Shown here in pieces: positions 40,612-50,619 of a stretch of DNA of 64,000 bases. Origin of the DNA: Fidelibacterota bacterium (GTDB lineage: Bacteria > Fidelibacterota > UBA2242); assembly GCA_049975265.1 (NCBI GenBank), contig JBNGDF010000004.1:63872-127871 (forward strand), read 5' to 3'. Every line of letters starts with the position of its first letter. Positions within the stretch are counted from its first letter, which is position 1. The notes under the pieces were generated by a model. It was given only the letters and a program-made list of their open reading frames with translations, made no database searches and was not told where the DNA came from. Made by a program: the position numbers and the translations under genes.

Positions 40612-41322
40612 TCATTCGATAAGTTGTGAGGCGGGGAAGGGTTTTCCGTGTGACGGATATATCTCCGTGGCATTCTTTTGAATTAAAAGGCGCCAGCCTA
40701 AATATACGGCTTTCAAATCCTAAACATAAATCGGACGGTGCCCGATCATGCAAAACTTCATAAAATTCATCGCAAGATTCCCAACGAAGGCTTTGCCGTC
40801 GGATAACAGAAGGGAGATGGAATCATCGGTGTGTCCCGGTGTGGACAGGATGATACCGTCTATGCCGATTGATTTCAGAAATTCGTTATCATCTTCTTGA
40901 ATGAGTACATCATTTTTACGTAGCGAAAAGGCAGGAAAGGCGAAATTCTTATGGAATAATGTGAAAATTTTGAATATGAAGCTCACCGCTCTGTTCACCG
41001 GTTGACCCGTCTCCTCCGGACAGCCCTGTTGTAAGTACGGAATGGCGTTTTTATGAACGATGCAGGTTGCGCCCGATTCTGCCAGGAGTTCTTTGGCGAA
41101 GCCGGAGTGATCGTCGTGATGATGGGTCAGGAAAAGGTGCTTGATATCGGTTGGTGATACCCCGATTTCCGCCAATTTTTTCCTGAAATGACTAAACTGA
41201 TTGGGATAGCCGGTATCCACCAAAAGATAACCATGGTTACATTTGATGAGATAGCTGTTTGTAAAAGCGGTTTTGATTTTCCAAATGTTCGGCGAGATCA
41301 GCTGTGGGTTTTTTACGCACAT
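40612..41322 (-). pseudogene. MBL-fold metallo-hydrolase with in-frame TAG
   Basis: LVDTG, THHHDDHSG, TPGHT; after TAG (40722-40720) the frame continues DLKAVYLGW...IYPSHGKPF to TGA at 40612. Confidence 0.8.
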
Positions 41323-41348
41323 ACTGTTTGTTATTCAGAGGAATTACG

Positions 41349-41474
41349 AAAAAAGGTGTGTGGTGCTCCAAGTAGGTCGGCGCTCCAGCAAGCTGGATTG
41401 TTGCACAACGGCAGTCCTGACGCCTCGGGACGATCACCTTTACCCGATTCTTGGACCCGGAGTCACCACACACC
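41349..41474 (-). ncRNA. Candidate structured ncRNA (~120 nt), class unknown
   Basis: Closing stem GGTGTGTGGTG/CACCACACACC, internal hairpins including G-CUUG-C, ends in U6; strand inferred. Confidence 0.5.
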
Positions 41475-41574
41475 AATAGTCTGCATAACAAGGAAACAAT
41501 CATTCGGTCTTAAAAAACCAATCCTGTTTAAATATAGACACTGTCACTATTTGCCGCAACCTCTTTTTCCCGGA

Positions 41575-43275
41575 TTAATACGCCGCCAAGTGAACCTCTA
41601 CCGCCCTTCCGGAAGGATCGGCTTTCGTTTTCCAGGCTTGTTCCCATTCCAGCGCAACGGCGGTGCTGCAGGCGATGCTGGGTTCCGCCACCACAGTCTG
41701 AATTGCTGCCGGTTCCGGGAAATGTTCCTCAAAGAGCATGCGATAGAGATAGGCTTCCTTGCTTTCCGGAGGATTGACGGGGAAGCGATATCGGCGGTTT
41801 TTAAACATCTCATCGCTCACTTTCCGCTGAGCGTAGGCTTTGAGACCGTCGATCCAACCGTAACCGACACCGTCGGAAAACTGCTCCTTCTGGCGCCAGA
41901 GAATGCTTTTTAGGAGGTAAGGTCTGGTTTCATCATCAAATGCCGCGCGCATCAGATATTTTTCCATGCGACCATTGGCTTTATCAATCATTTTATATTT
42001 AGGATCGAGGTTCATTGCTACTTCAAGAAAAGCTTTATCCAGAAAAGGAACCCGGGCTTCAATGCCCCAGGCAGCCATGGATTTATTTGCCCTGAGACAG
42101 TCATAATGGTGCAGTTTTTCGACTTTCCGGACGGTCTCCCGATAAAATTCAGCGAGATTCGGTGCTTTGTGAAAATACAGATATCCGCCGAAAACCTCAT
42201 CGGCACCCTCACCGGTAAAGACCATCTTGATCCCCATGGCTTTGATCTTGCGCGCCATCAGATAAATCGGCATGGATGCCCGCACCGTGGTGACATCAAA
42301 GGTCTCGATGTGGTAAATTACATCGGCAAGGGCATCCAGCCCTTCCTGAAGGGTGTAGGTGAATTCGTGATGGACGGTTCCCAGAAATTCTGCTACCCGG
42401 CGGGCGTTTGCGAAATCCGGGGCTTCTTTCAACCCGATGCAGAAGGAGTGAATCCGGGGCCACCAGGCGCGACTCTTTTCGTGGTCCTCAATGCGCATTT
42501 CGGCATGCCGGCAGACGATTGCCGAAACCAGGGAAGAGTCGAGTCCGCCGGAAAGCAATACACCAAAGGGAACATCACACATCATCCGTTTGACGACGGC
42601 TTCTTCGAAAGTCTTTTTAAGTTTGGAGACATCCAGTTCGTCGGTTGGAACATTTTCAACATGCCGCCATCTGGGATCATAGTAACGTTTCAATTCACCA
42701 TTGAAACACACATGCCCGGGCGGAAACGGCTCAAAGCGGTAGCAGATGCCTTTCAACGCCTCCATCTCCGAAGCGAACCAGGTACTGCCGTCGGCTCCCC
42801 AGCCCCAGTAGAGCGGCACCACGCCGATGGGATCGCGGGCTGCCAGGAAATCACCGGTATTTTCATCCGAGATGACAAAGGCAAAGACGCCATCCAGATC
42901 GGCAGCCAGATCGGCACCCTTTTCTTCATAGAGATGCACAATAATCTCACAGTCGGAACGGGTGGCAAAGTGATGCGGCTTTTTCAGCCCGGCGCGCAGC
43001 GACTCATGGTTGTAGATTTCGCCGTTGACTGCCAGAGCCAGATGTTTGTTTTCGTTTAAAAGCGGCTGAGCGCCCCCTTCGGGATCAACAATCGCCAGAC
43101 GTTCGTGTGCCAGTATGTTGGTTTTGAATTGCTGATTGTTTGTTTCGATTTGCTGGAAATGGACACCACTCCAGTCGGGTCCGCGATGACGCAGTAATTT
43201 CGCCTGGGCGATGACCCGGGGACGCAACGCCTCCGGTTTTTCCGTGCTGTTCAAAACGACCACAATGCCACACAT
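41575..43275 (-). CDS. asnB: Asparagine synthetase B (glutamine-hydrolysing)
   Basis: N-terminal MCGI, RHRGPDWSG, NGEIYNH, LLSGGLDSS, WRQKEQFSDGVG. Confidence 0.95.
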   Translation of the reverse strand: MCGIVVVLNSTEKPEALRPRVIAQAKLLRHRGPDWSGVHFQQIETNNQQFKTNILAHERLAIVDPEGGAQPLLNENKHLALAVNGEIYNHESLRAGLKKPHHFATRSDCEIIVHLYEEKGADLAADLDGVFAFVISDENTGDFLAARDPIGVVPLYWGWGADGSTWFASEMEALKGICYRFEPFPPGHVCFNGELKRYYDPRWRHVENVPTDELDVSKLKKTFEEAVVKRMMCDVPFGVLLSGGLDSSLVSAIVCRHAEMRIEDHEKSRAWWPRIHSFCIGLKEAPDFANARRVAEFLGTVHHEFTYTLQEGLDALADVIYHIETFDVTTVRASMPIYLMARKIKAMGIKMVFTGEGADEVFGGYLYFHKAPNLAEFYRETVRKVEKLHHYDCLRANKSMAAWGIEARVPFLDKAFLEVAMNLDPKYKMIDKANGRMEKYLMRAAFDDETRPYLLKSILWRQKEQFSDGVGYGWIDGLKAYAQRKVSDEMFKNRRYRFPVNPPESKEAYLYRMLFEEHFPEPAAIQTVVAEPSIACSTAVALEWEQAWKTKADPSGRAVEVHLAAY

Positions 43276-43459
43276 AGGTCACTCCCTCTTTAAATTGTGT
43301 TGATTTCCGATAAGAACCGGAATGTAACAACAGACCAGTCCCACCGCTACTCTGTTCGGTAAACTGATTACTGAAACGATTTAACCCACACGTGAGTAAA
43401 GAAGCAACCTCACGAATGTTCTTATTTTAGCAAAAATCGGGAGAAAAACAACGGTGAAA

Positions 43460-44020
43460 TTATCTTTTTACGTAGAGGTCCTGAATAAGCTGTATTTCAG
43501 CCAGTGTATCACTTTTAATAGAGAACCGCCGCCGGATTTCTATCTTCGGTAAAGTCGCCATGGAATCACCGGGTTCCCGGTCAAGATAAACCAAATCTAT
43601 CTGCTGGTCTTCGATATTCAGCGACACAATGGAAATACGTTCACCGACGAAAAATGCGTTCAATGCTAGCGGATGTTGATTGTCCTGCCGCAATACCGGA
43701 ACGAGATAGTAATATTTCCCGTTGCCGCCGCTATTGGTGATTAAAATAACGGCAGCGTCGGCTTGGCGATCGCCGTTTAAGTCGCCTAAAACCAGCCAGT
43801 CGCTCAGAGCGACAACCATTTCCGAGGTGGCGTCCGGCGCTTTTTTCTGCATGTACTTGCCTTTTGCGAGCTGGATTACCTGATTGTCAATCCGATATTC
43901 CAGCCCGGAGAGATGACGCAGAAAGGCGCGGTTGGAGAGATGCCGGCTGGAGAGACCACAGGACTGGCAGATGAGACTAACCAGGAAAATCGGTAAAAGA
44001 TATTTACAGATCACCTTCAT
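43460..44020 (-). CDS. Hypothetical lipoprotein
   Basis: Signal peptide with Cys; GDLNGD..ADA, GGNG. Confidence 0.6.
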   Translation of the reverse strand: MKVICKYLLPIFLVSLICQSCGLSSRHLSNRAFLRHLSGLEYRIDNQVIQLAKGKYMQKKAPDATSEMVVALSDWLVLGDLNGDRQADAAVILITNSGGNGKYYYLVPVLRQDNQHPLALNAFFVGERISIVSLNIEDQQIDLVYLDREPGDSMATLPKIEIRRRFSIKSDTLAEIQLIQDLYVKR

Positions 44021-44076
44021 ATCCGTAATATACCGACAGAAGGTTCTTATAGGACTTGTTTTTTATCACATTAGGC

Positions 44077-45141
44077 TTAGCGGAACCCGGTTCTTTTGTT
44101 TTTCATCACATTTTTAACCATTTTCCCGAAGTTTTTGTCCCGCTGTCGCTTTTCGCGGTAGGACATCTCGTAAAAGGCAGCCTCTTTTTTCATTTTCAAA
44201 AAGTTCTGATAGCGTTCGTGGGAAATCGTTCCCTCGTTCAGGGCGCTCAGGACGGCGCAACCCTTTTCGTGTTCGTGTGAGCAGTCGCTGAAACGGCATT
44301 GGTGGGTGAGTTCCTCAATTTCACTGAACGTCGTACTCATTCCGCTTTCGATATCGAAATTGCCCAGTTCACGCATGCCCGGTGTATCAATCAGCATGGC
44401 TCCATTTTCCAGAAACAGCAGCTGTCGAAGAGATGTGGTGTGACGACCGCGACTATCGCTTTCACGTACCCGCTGAGTTCGGATAACTGCGGCGCCGAGC
44501 AGTGAATTCAGCAGGCTGCTTTTACCTACACCCGACGAACCCAACAGACAATAGGTCATCCCTGCCAGAAGCAGATTGTTGATATCGCTCAGCCCCTGTC
44601 CGGACAGATTACTGAAAGGAATGACGGTATTGATACCGGTGCGTTGCCGGATTTCCTCCACCTTCTGCTTGATTTCAGCGGCTGTGACCAAATCGCTTTT
44701 ACTTAATAAAACCACCGGAGTGATGCCGGCTGTATGCACCATGACCAGGTAGCGTTCCAGGCGGGCAAGGTTAAAATCCCGGTCTAACGACTGCATAATC
44801 AGAGCAGTGTCAAGATTGGCGGCGAGGACTTGAAATCCGATCTCTTTGCCAGGCATCTTGCGTTTTAGGATGGATTTGCGGGGTAATATCCGGTGAATAA
44901 CGGCAAAGGTGTTGTCGTCGAAAAAATCAACCAAAACCCAGTCACCGACAGTTGGCAGGTCCAGAGCCGACTCGGCGTTGTACCGCAATTTACCGCTCGG
45001 CTCCGCTGCCGCTTCGGTTGTTTCATTTTTAATGATAAAGCGCTCGCGCATCACCGAGACAAACTGCGCAGTGCGGAGCGAATCCGTTGCCGGGCTGTTT
45101 TGCTGAAACCAATCGGAGAACCCCAATTCTGTTAAGGACAT
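44077..45141 (-). CDS. rsgA: Ribosome small subunit-dependent GTPase A
   Basis: SKSD, GSSGVGKSS, GRHTT, DTPG, CRFSDCSHEHEKGC. Confidence 0.93.
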   Translation of the reverse strand: MSLTELGFSDWFQQNSPATDSLRTAQFVSVMRERFIIKNETTEAAAEPSGKLRYNAESALDLPTVGDWVLVDFFDDNTFAVIHRILPRKSILKRKMPGKEIGFQVLAANLDTALIMQSLDRDFNLARLERYLVMVHTAGITPVVLLSKSDLVTAAEIKQKVEEIRQRTGINTVIPFSNLSGQGLSDINNLLLAGMTYCLLGSSGVGKSSLLNSLLGAAVIRTQRVRESDSRGRHTTSLRQLLFLENGAMLIDTPGMRELGNFDIESGMSTTFSEIEELTHQCRFSDCSHEHEKGCAVLSALNEGTISHERYQNFLKMKKEAAFYEMSYREKRQRDKNFGKMVKNVMKNKRTGFR

Positions 45142-45155
45142 AATAGTGTCCGTTT

Positions 45156-46139
45156 CTATACCTTTAACATTGTAAAAATATCCAGGATAACATCCTTAAA
45201 GCCGACGTTTACCTTCTGATAATAGCATCCATAAAAACAGCCCCGGCAGCGGTTCACAATGGCGGCTTTCTGCCGTCGCCAGTCCGGATTATCAAGGCTG
45301 TCAATATCCAGGACCCGTATTGAACTTACGAATTCCTGACAGGGCATCAGACGTCCGTCATTGTTGACTACCAGAAAGGCATCGCGGTCGCTCGGGCATT
45401 TCCAGCTCATGTTTTGATAATATTGCCAGTCGGCATTCAGGAAGTGCCAGCCGGGTGCAATCAGACCGGTTTTCAGCTTATGGTTTAACATCATTTTTCG
45501 GACATCATCGAGCCGCTGAAAATCCACCACTTTCAGGGTCGGTTCCGATGGCGAAAAGAGCCCGCCCACATGCTGAAACAGACCGACGTCAAAAATAATG
45601 CCCCTCTCAGTGACGGTTTTCATGATACGGGCGATTTCAGGGAGATTATCCCTGGAAATGACTGTAATGGTGGAGGGAATGATTCCCTTTGTTTTAGCAT
45701 AAACCAGAAGATCTAATATAGCGGCGTTGGATTTGACCTTTTTACCTGATAATGAATCCAGTGAGGCGGTCAGAAACAGCAGACCCGCATCTGCCAGCCG
45801 GTCAATATTTTCCCTGGTCATGGTCTTAAAATTGGAGATTAACCAGGGAATCGCCCGGTTGGTTTGTGAAATATGGTTAATAATTTCATAAATATCGCTG
45901 CGGACCATCGGTTCCCCGCCGGTGATTGAAAACAGCTGCACACCCCAATTCCGAAGCCGGTCAATTATGGAGAACCAGGCACCGGCATCAAGGTCCTGCC
46001 AGTCGGGCTTTGTCGCCCTGCAGTAGGGGCAGTTTAGATTGCACTTGCGGGTAATGAATAGTGAAGCGGAGAGAGGACCCCGGATTGTGGAAATCATCCG
46101 CTGTGCGATTTTCAGCTTAGTTACGAACTTTACCTTCAT
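45156..46139 (-). CDS. Radical SAM protein with SPASM/twitch-like C-terminus
   Basis: CNLNCPYC, TGGEP, DG.LMPC, CRGCFYGC. Confidence 0.85.
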   Translation of the reverse strand: MKVKFVTKLKIAQRMISTIRGPLSASLFITRKCNLNCPYCRATKPDWQDLDAGAWFSIIDRLRNWGVQLFSITGGEPMVRSDIYEIINHISQTNRAIPWLISNFKTMTRENIDRLADAGLLFLTASLDSLSGKKVKSNAAILDLLVYAKTKGIIPSTITVISRDNLPEIARIMKTVTERGIIFDVGLFQHVGGLFSPSEPTLKVVDFQRLDDVRKMMLNHKLKTGLIAPGWHFLNADWQYYQNMSWKCPSDRDAFLVVNNDGRLMPCQEFVSSIRVLDIDSLDNPDWRRQKAAIVNRCRGCFYGCYYQKVNVGFKDVILDIFTMLKV

Positions 46140-46197
46140 GAAAAATCACTAAAAACGGGTGGTGTAATTGTAGCGGTTTTATTTTTAATTTAAAAGT

Positions 46198-46226
46198 AAA
46201 AAGGTCTCCGCTTACAACGAAGACCT
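46198..46226 (-). terminator. Probable intrinsic terminator
   Basis: AGGTCT...AGACCT stem followed by a T run on the minus strand, downstream of the FGE-domain gene. Confidence 0.45.
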
Positions 46227-46248
46227 CTCATTCAATGTTTGTCTTGAA

Positions 46249-47988
46249 TCATTTTTTCAAAACACAGCGGAAACCCACCGCCGAACCGTATTTTCCGGAG
46301 GTACTCTGCGGATCGACCCAGTAGCGGTACCAGGTTGACAGACTCTCCAGGTTGGCTTTTACCCCCTTGGATTCGTGATAGCTGCCGCCTTTAATGACCC
46401 GGTAGGTCTTAAAATTGCCGCCGTACCAGGAGTTGGTCCACTCCCAGACGTTGCCAGCCATATCGTAAGCGCCGTAGGGGCTGGGGCTGTTGATTGTGCC
46501 GTCCTCGCCATTAAATTTCCCAACGGGTGTCGTAGATGCCGAGAAGCCGCGCTTCATACAGCCGGCAATATTGGCGTTTTGACAGTCAATGCTGTTGCCC
46601 CAGGGAAAATCAAAGCCGGTACGTCCGCGGGCGGCTTTTTCCCATTCCTCCTCGGTCGGTAGTTCGAGATTGTACCACTGGGCAAATGCGTATGCGCCGA
46701 ACCAGGAGACATCGCCGACGGGATGATCCAGGTATTCGTCGTCTTCCAGGATGAAATAGCCCTTTTCCTCATCGAAAAAGATATCCCCGATCTCCTTTTT
46801 TTTCTCATTGACCTCAATGAATTTGTACTGACCCGCCGGTTTAAATTCATCACCCTTATAGTGTCCGTATCCTTTCTCATCAATGGCGTTGCGGCAATAC
46901 GCCTGATTCATGAAATTCAGGTACTGCCGGCAGGTGACCGGATATTTCATGATCTCGTAATCGTAATTGATTTTCTGAATCATCCGCTTCTGCCCGGCGG
47001 TATATTCTCCAGCGGGTACTTTGACGAACTGGGTGACTTCGGGATCGTTGGTGTGAAATTCCCGAGCCGGCGACCATTCTCCGTAGATATTGCCCTTGTT
47101 GCGCGGACGGACAGACCATTGATGCCAGCCTTCCGGCAGACCGGAAACGACGGTGTAGGTATCACTTACAAGGCTGTGATATTCCACGAAATCGGGATTG
47201 ATGGAAGTGACTACCCTGATTTCATATTCGCTGGCGTATTTTGAACGGTGCCAGATCAGCCGCGGCGTCTCGGTGCTTTTGTAGTAAAATGTGTCTTTCG
47301 GACCGATGATCTCCGGCGGCAGCGGCGGTTCCACGGAAAATTCCCGCACAACACTCCAGGCGCTGTACTTTTCCGCCGGATTTTGCGCCGTGACCGCCCA
47401 GTAATAGTGACCGATTGACAGCGGTTCGGTTATCAGAAAGGTATCGGTGACACTGTAAGCAAAGGCGATGTTCTTAAATTCCCGATCCTTGGCGATGGCG
47501 ATGGTATAATTTTTGGCGCCGTAGAGAGCCCGCCACCTGAGCGGAACCTGGCTGTGACTCTTAATGACCATTTTGTCCGCCGGATAGACCAAGTAGGGCG
47601 AAGTGTAAGCGCTTTCCAGAACCGTTATCGGGATATCTGCAGACCGGGTACTGTTTTCGGAATTGTCTGTAGCGATGGCGGAAATCCGGTGAATCATTCC
47701 GTCCGCCCAAAAGCCCATATTCAAAATGACCTCGTAGGGTGGCTTATATACCTCTTCCACCAGTTCGTTGTCCACGCAAAAGCCGACCTTCATGATGCCC
47801 TCGTTGTCTTTGACGGAGGTGACGACACGCATCGGACCGGTAGCGGTGTAACCGGCTTTTGGCATTAATATTTTGATTTTGGGCGGTTTGCGGTCGGGTT
47901 TCGGAGCCGCCAACCCGCTTGAACCGAGCAGGAGGCAGATAAATGTGACATGCAGAAAAGAACCTATGCTATGCTTTTTCGGAAACAT
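46249..47988 (-). CDS. Secreted Ig-like/FN3 plus FGE-sulfatase (SUMF1) domain protein
   Basis: LPTEEEWEKAARG, FPWG, YDMAGNVWEW, GFRC; start uncertain (47988 or 48033). Confidence 0.85.
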   Translation of the reverse strand: MFPKKHSIGSFLHVTFICLLLGSSGLAAPKPDRKPPKIKILMPKAGYTATGPMRVVTSVKDNEGIMKVGFCVDNELVEEVYKPPYEVILNMGFWADGMIHRISAIATDNSENSTRSADIPITVLESAYTSPYLVYPADKMVIKSHSQVPLRWRALYGAKNYTIAIAKDREFKNIAFAYSVTDTFLITEPLSIGHYYWAVTAQNPAEKYSAWSVVREFSVEPPLPPEIIGPKDTFYYKSTETPRLIWHRSKYASEYEIRVVTSINPDFVEYHSLVSDTYTVVSGLPEGWHQWSVRPRNKGNIYGEWSPAREFHTNDPEVTQFVKVPAGEYTAGQKRMIQKINYDYEIMKYPVTCRQYLNFMNQAYCRNAIDEKGYGHYKGDEFKPAGQYKFIEVNEKKKEIGDIFFDEEKGYFILEDDEYLDHPVGDVSWFGAYAFAQWYNLELPTEEEWEKAARGRTGFDFPWGNSIDCQNANIAGCMKRGFSASTTPVGKFNGEDGTINSPSPYGAYDMAGNVWEWTNSWYGGNFKTYRVIKGGSYHESKGVKANLESLSTWYRYWVDPQSTSGKYGSAVGFRCVLKK

Positions 47989-48238
47989 TGTGTGTCGTCG
48001 GATTTTGGCGCCACCCCTTTGAAAATTTTCCATAATGCAATCCCCTTTATAGCATCCCACGATATCAATTGTCTTGAATATACGGTTTGTCGGGAAATCT
48101 TTCAATAAAATGATTGTAAAATCTTCACGATGAGCAGGTAGATTGCAAAGGACTGGTATGATCTGCTGTATTAGAAAAGGTAGGAGTAGATGAAAACGAA
48201 GACCAGGAAAACTGAATCATTTTTTCAAAAACAGAAAG

Positions 48239-49741
48239 TTACTTCATTAGTAACATTTTTTGCAATTCGGTAAAATCTCCGGCGGTCATAATACATAAGT
48301 AGACCCCGCTGGAGACGGGATTGCCGTAGTGATCGGTACCATCCCAGATAACTGACCGGTACCCTGCAGGTTGTATTTCATTTACAAGTGTAATTGTTTC
48401 CTTACCAAGGATATTAAAAATCTTTATGATCACATTGACTTCCTCTTTTAATACAAATGTGATACTTGTACTTGAATTAAAGGGATTGGGGTAATTAGGG
48501 AAAAGTTTGAATTGATACAGAGTTTCTGGCGGCTTGTTTTCATCTTTAAAACCTGACAGGTCTGGAAACTCAATTATATTTGCCCAGATACTGCCATCAG
48601 TCCAGGTGTTGAATATGTATCCATTTTTTAAAGCTACAGCTGGATGTCCCTGATTTCCTTCTTGTTCTGTATTTACAATAAAATTTTTTCCAATTACTTT
48701 CCCACTGGAATCGTAACATTGCCCGTAAATGTCGTTAGTTCCACTTCGATTATCCGCCCAGGTAATTACAAAACAACCCGATTTATCCATTGCAATTGCC
48801 GGAACAAACCATGATGTACTGTCATTGTCTTCCTCGTTTACGATAAAATTAGTACCGTGAGCTTCACCATCCCGGTATAATTGACAGTAAAGATTATAGT
48901 CTCCCAGACGATTATCCTGCCAAACTACGGCGAAAATATCACCAGATGAATCAATTGCAACCGCGGCATTTCCATGATAAGCGCTGTCGGTATCATCACT
49001 GATTTTGAAGTTTGCACCTTCCGCCGTCCCATCATTTTTAAACAACTGACCATGGATACCCTCTTCTCCATATCGTCCTTTTTTCCAGACAATAATAAAA
49101 TCTCCGGCTTCATTCATGGCAATTGCCGGATTCCAGATTTCTTCATGATATGGCTGATTAATCCGTAGAGCAATACCTAAAGAGTCGCCTTCTGAACCGA
49201 ATCTCTGAGCATAAATCCCGCGCGGAGTATACCAGTTTGCCCATGCAATTGTGAAATTCCCGGATCTATCCATGCCTACAGCAGGATATTCACCACTAGT
49301 TACAGCTTTTATTTGGATATTATTTCCCTGAGGTTCAGCATAGCTGTTATATTGCTGAAAGTAAATAACAGATAATCCCCATGTGATAATAAAATTACCT
49401 GCATTATTAACATCAATAGATGTAGGTAACATCGGAGCTCCCTCACCGTACATTTCCTTATCATTGATCCTAAACTTCGGCGTTAATGGGCTGCCATCAT
49501 TTCGATATAGCCGACCCCATATCTCTGTGGTCGAAAATTGAGAATCAATATCTATCGTGGTTGTCCAGACCACAACAAAGTTACCCTCTTTATCAACCCC
49601 AATGGCTGGAAAATTATGGAATGCACTATCGGATGAACTCTCAATCCAAAAATCAGGAACAACCTGTGATACACCTGGATTTTCAGCAAATACTAATGTA
49701 ATAAAAAAAATAAAAGCAAGAGAGAACGTATGTTTTTTCAT
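48239..49741 (-). CDS. Secreted repeat (probable 7-blade beta-propeller) protein with C-terminal sorting/FlgD-Ig domain
   Basis: Signal peptide; seven PA(I/V)xxDxxGxFxxxW-like repeats; NYPNPFN...WDG...SGVY...KM. Confidence 0.8.
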   Translation of the reverse strand: MKKHTFSLAFIFFITLVFAENPGVSQVVPDFWIESSSDSAFHNFPAIGVDKEGNFVVVWTTTIDIDSQFSTTEIWGRLYRNDGSPLTPKFRINDKEMYGEGAPMLPTSIDVNNAGNFIITWGLSVIYFQQYNSYAEPQGNNIQIKAVTSGEYPAVGMDRSGNFTIAWANWYTPRGIYAQRFGSEGDSLGIALRINQPYHEEIWNPAIAMNEAGDFIIVWKKGRYGEEGIHGQLFKNDGTAEGANFKISDDTDSAYHGNAAVAIDSSGDIFAVVWQDNRLGDYNLYCQLYRDGEAHGTNFIVNEEDNDSTSWFVPAIAMDKSGCFVITWADNRSGTNDIYGQCYDSSGKVIGKNFIVNTEQEGNQGHPAVALKNGYIFNTWTDGSIWANIIEFPDLSGFKDENKPPETLYQFKLFPNYPNPFNSSTSITFVLKEEVNVIIKIFNILGKETITLVNEIQPAGYRSVIWDGTDHYGNPVSSGVYLCIMTAGDFTELQKMLLMK

Positions 49742-49818
49742 TATGTCCCCGTTATTTAAAGTTTAGTTCATATGACCATAGGAGACTTAAATTCAAACAA
49801 TCCAAAAAGGAGTCTTTT

Positions 49819-50619
49819 ATGGTCGACACGAAATTTAATTATGGCATCAAGAGGCTGGAATCCAAGACAGCCCGGAATGCCATCATTCAAAAACTGTCTC
49901 ATGATTTCAATCTCACAGCGATTATTGCTGAAGCCTTTTATCAACAGGTTGCCTGTTATTTCAACGAACATGCCAATGTTACTCTATCCTCCGGTGAAGT
50001 TGCCTATGAAGCTGTCGCTGCTGATGAACCCGCCGGTAAACATATCCGGCTGACCCGCAAAGTCACCGTTCGTTTAAAACTCCTGGATTTCAATGAAGAC
50101 TTTGAAGCACTGGCCAATTACGGATTGGCCGGGCTCAGGCAACATCGGCTGGAACGACTCTCACGGCAGGCTTACGATCAGGGCGCTCTGCTTTCATACG
50201 AAGATCTGGCGATGCTTCTGACCACCAGCCCTTCTACAGTCAAAAGAGATGTTTATCATCTCAAACACCAGGGCAAATTCATCATGACCCGTGGGCAGAA
50301 ACATGATATGGGTCCCGGTTTAAGCCACAAATCCATCATTATCGAACTCTACCTGAAAAACTATACCTTTACCGATATTGAACGCAAAACCAATCACTCC
50401 GAAACATCCGTTAAACGCTATCTGGCGGACTTCGTCCAGGTAATCACTCTGCTGAAGCAGAACTTCTCGCTCAATCAAATCCGCCTGATCGCTCAAAAGT
50501 CCGAACGTCTGATCAGAGAATATCAGCAGATCTACCGGGATTACCAGAAACAGAACAACCAGCGTTTAGACGAACTCCTCAATCCCAATAAAAAAAAAGA
50601 GGAGCAGCATCATGACTAA
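49819..50619 (+). CDS. DUF1670-like protein A
   Basis: QAYDQGALLSYEDLAMLL, TRGQKHDMGPG.SHK, NHS..SV.RY..DF; AAGGAG RBS. Confidence 0.75.
   Translation: MVDTKFNYGIKRLESKTARNAIIQKLSHDFNLTAIIAEAFYQQVACYFNEHANVTLSSGEVAYEAVAADEPAGKHIRLTRKVTVRLKLLDFNEDFEALANYGLAGLRQHRLERLSRQAYDQGALLSYEDLAMLLTTSPSTVKRDVYHLKHQGKFIMTRGQKHDMGPGLSHKSIIIELYLKNYTFTDIERKTNHSETSVKRYLADFVQVITLLKQNFSLNQIRLIAQKSERLIREYQQIYRDYQKQNNQRLDELLNPNKKKEEQHHD

Noticed and set aside
41349..41474. 5S rRNA, SRP RNA or twister ribozyme identity for the structured element
   Set aside because: Lacks the 5S CCGAAC and SRP GGAAGGAAGCAG motifs; CCGGGUCCAAG..UCGGGUAAA resembles twister P4 only superficially, and I could not place the cleavage-site UAA/P2
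43300..43425. Lysine, SAM-I or c-di-GMP riboswitch in the asnB leader
   Set aside because: Scattered short matches (GAGGTTGC, AGTAA, CCGAA, TTCTTAT) but order and spacing do not fit these aptamers
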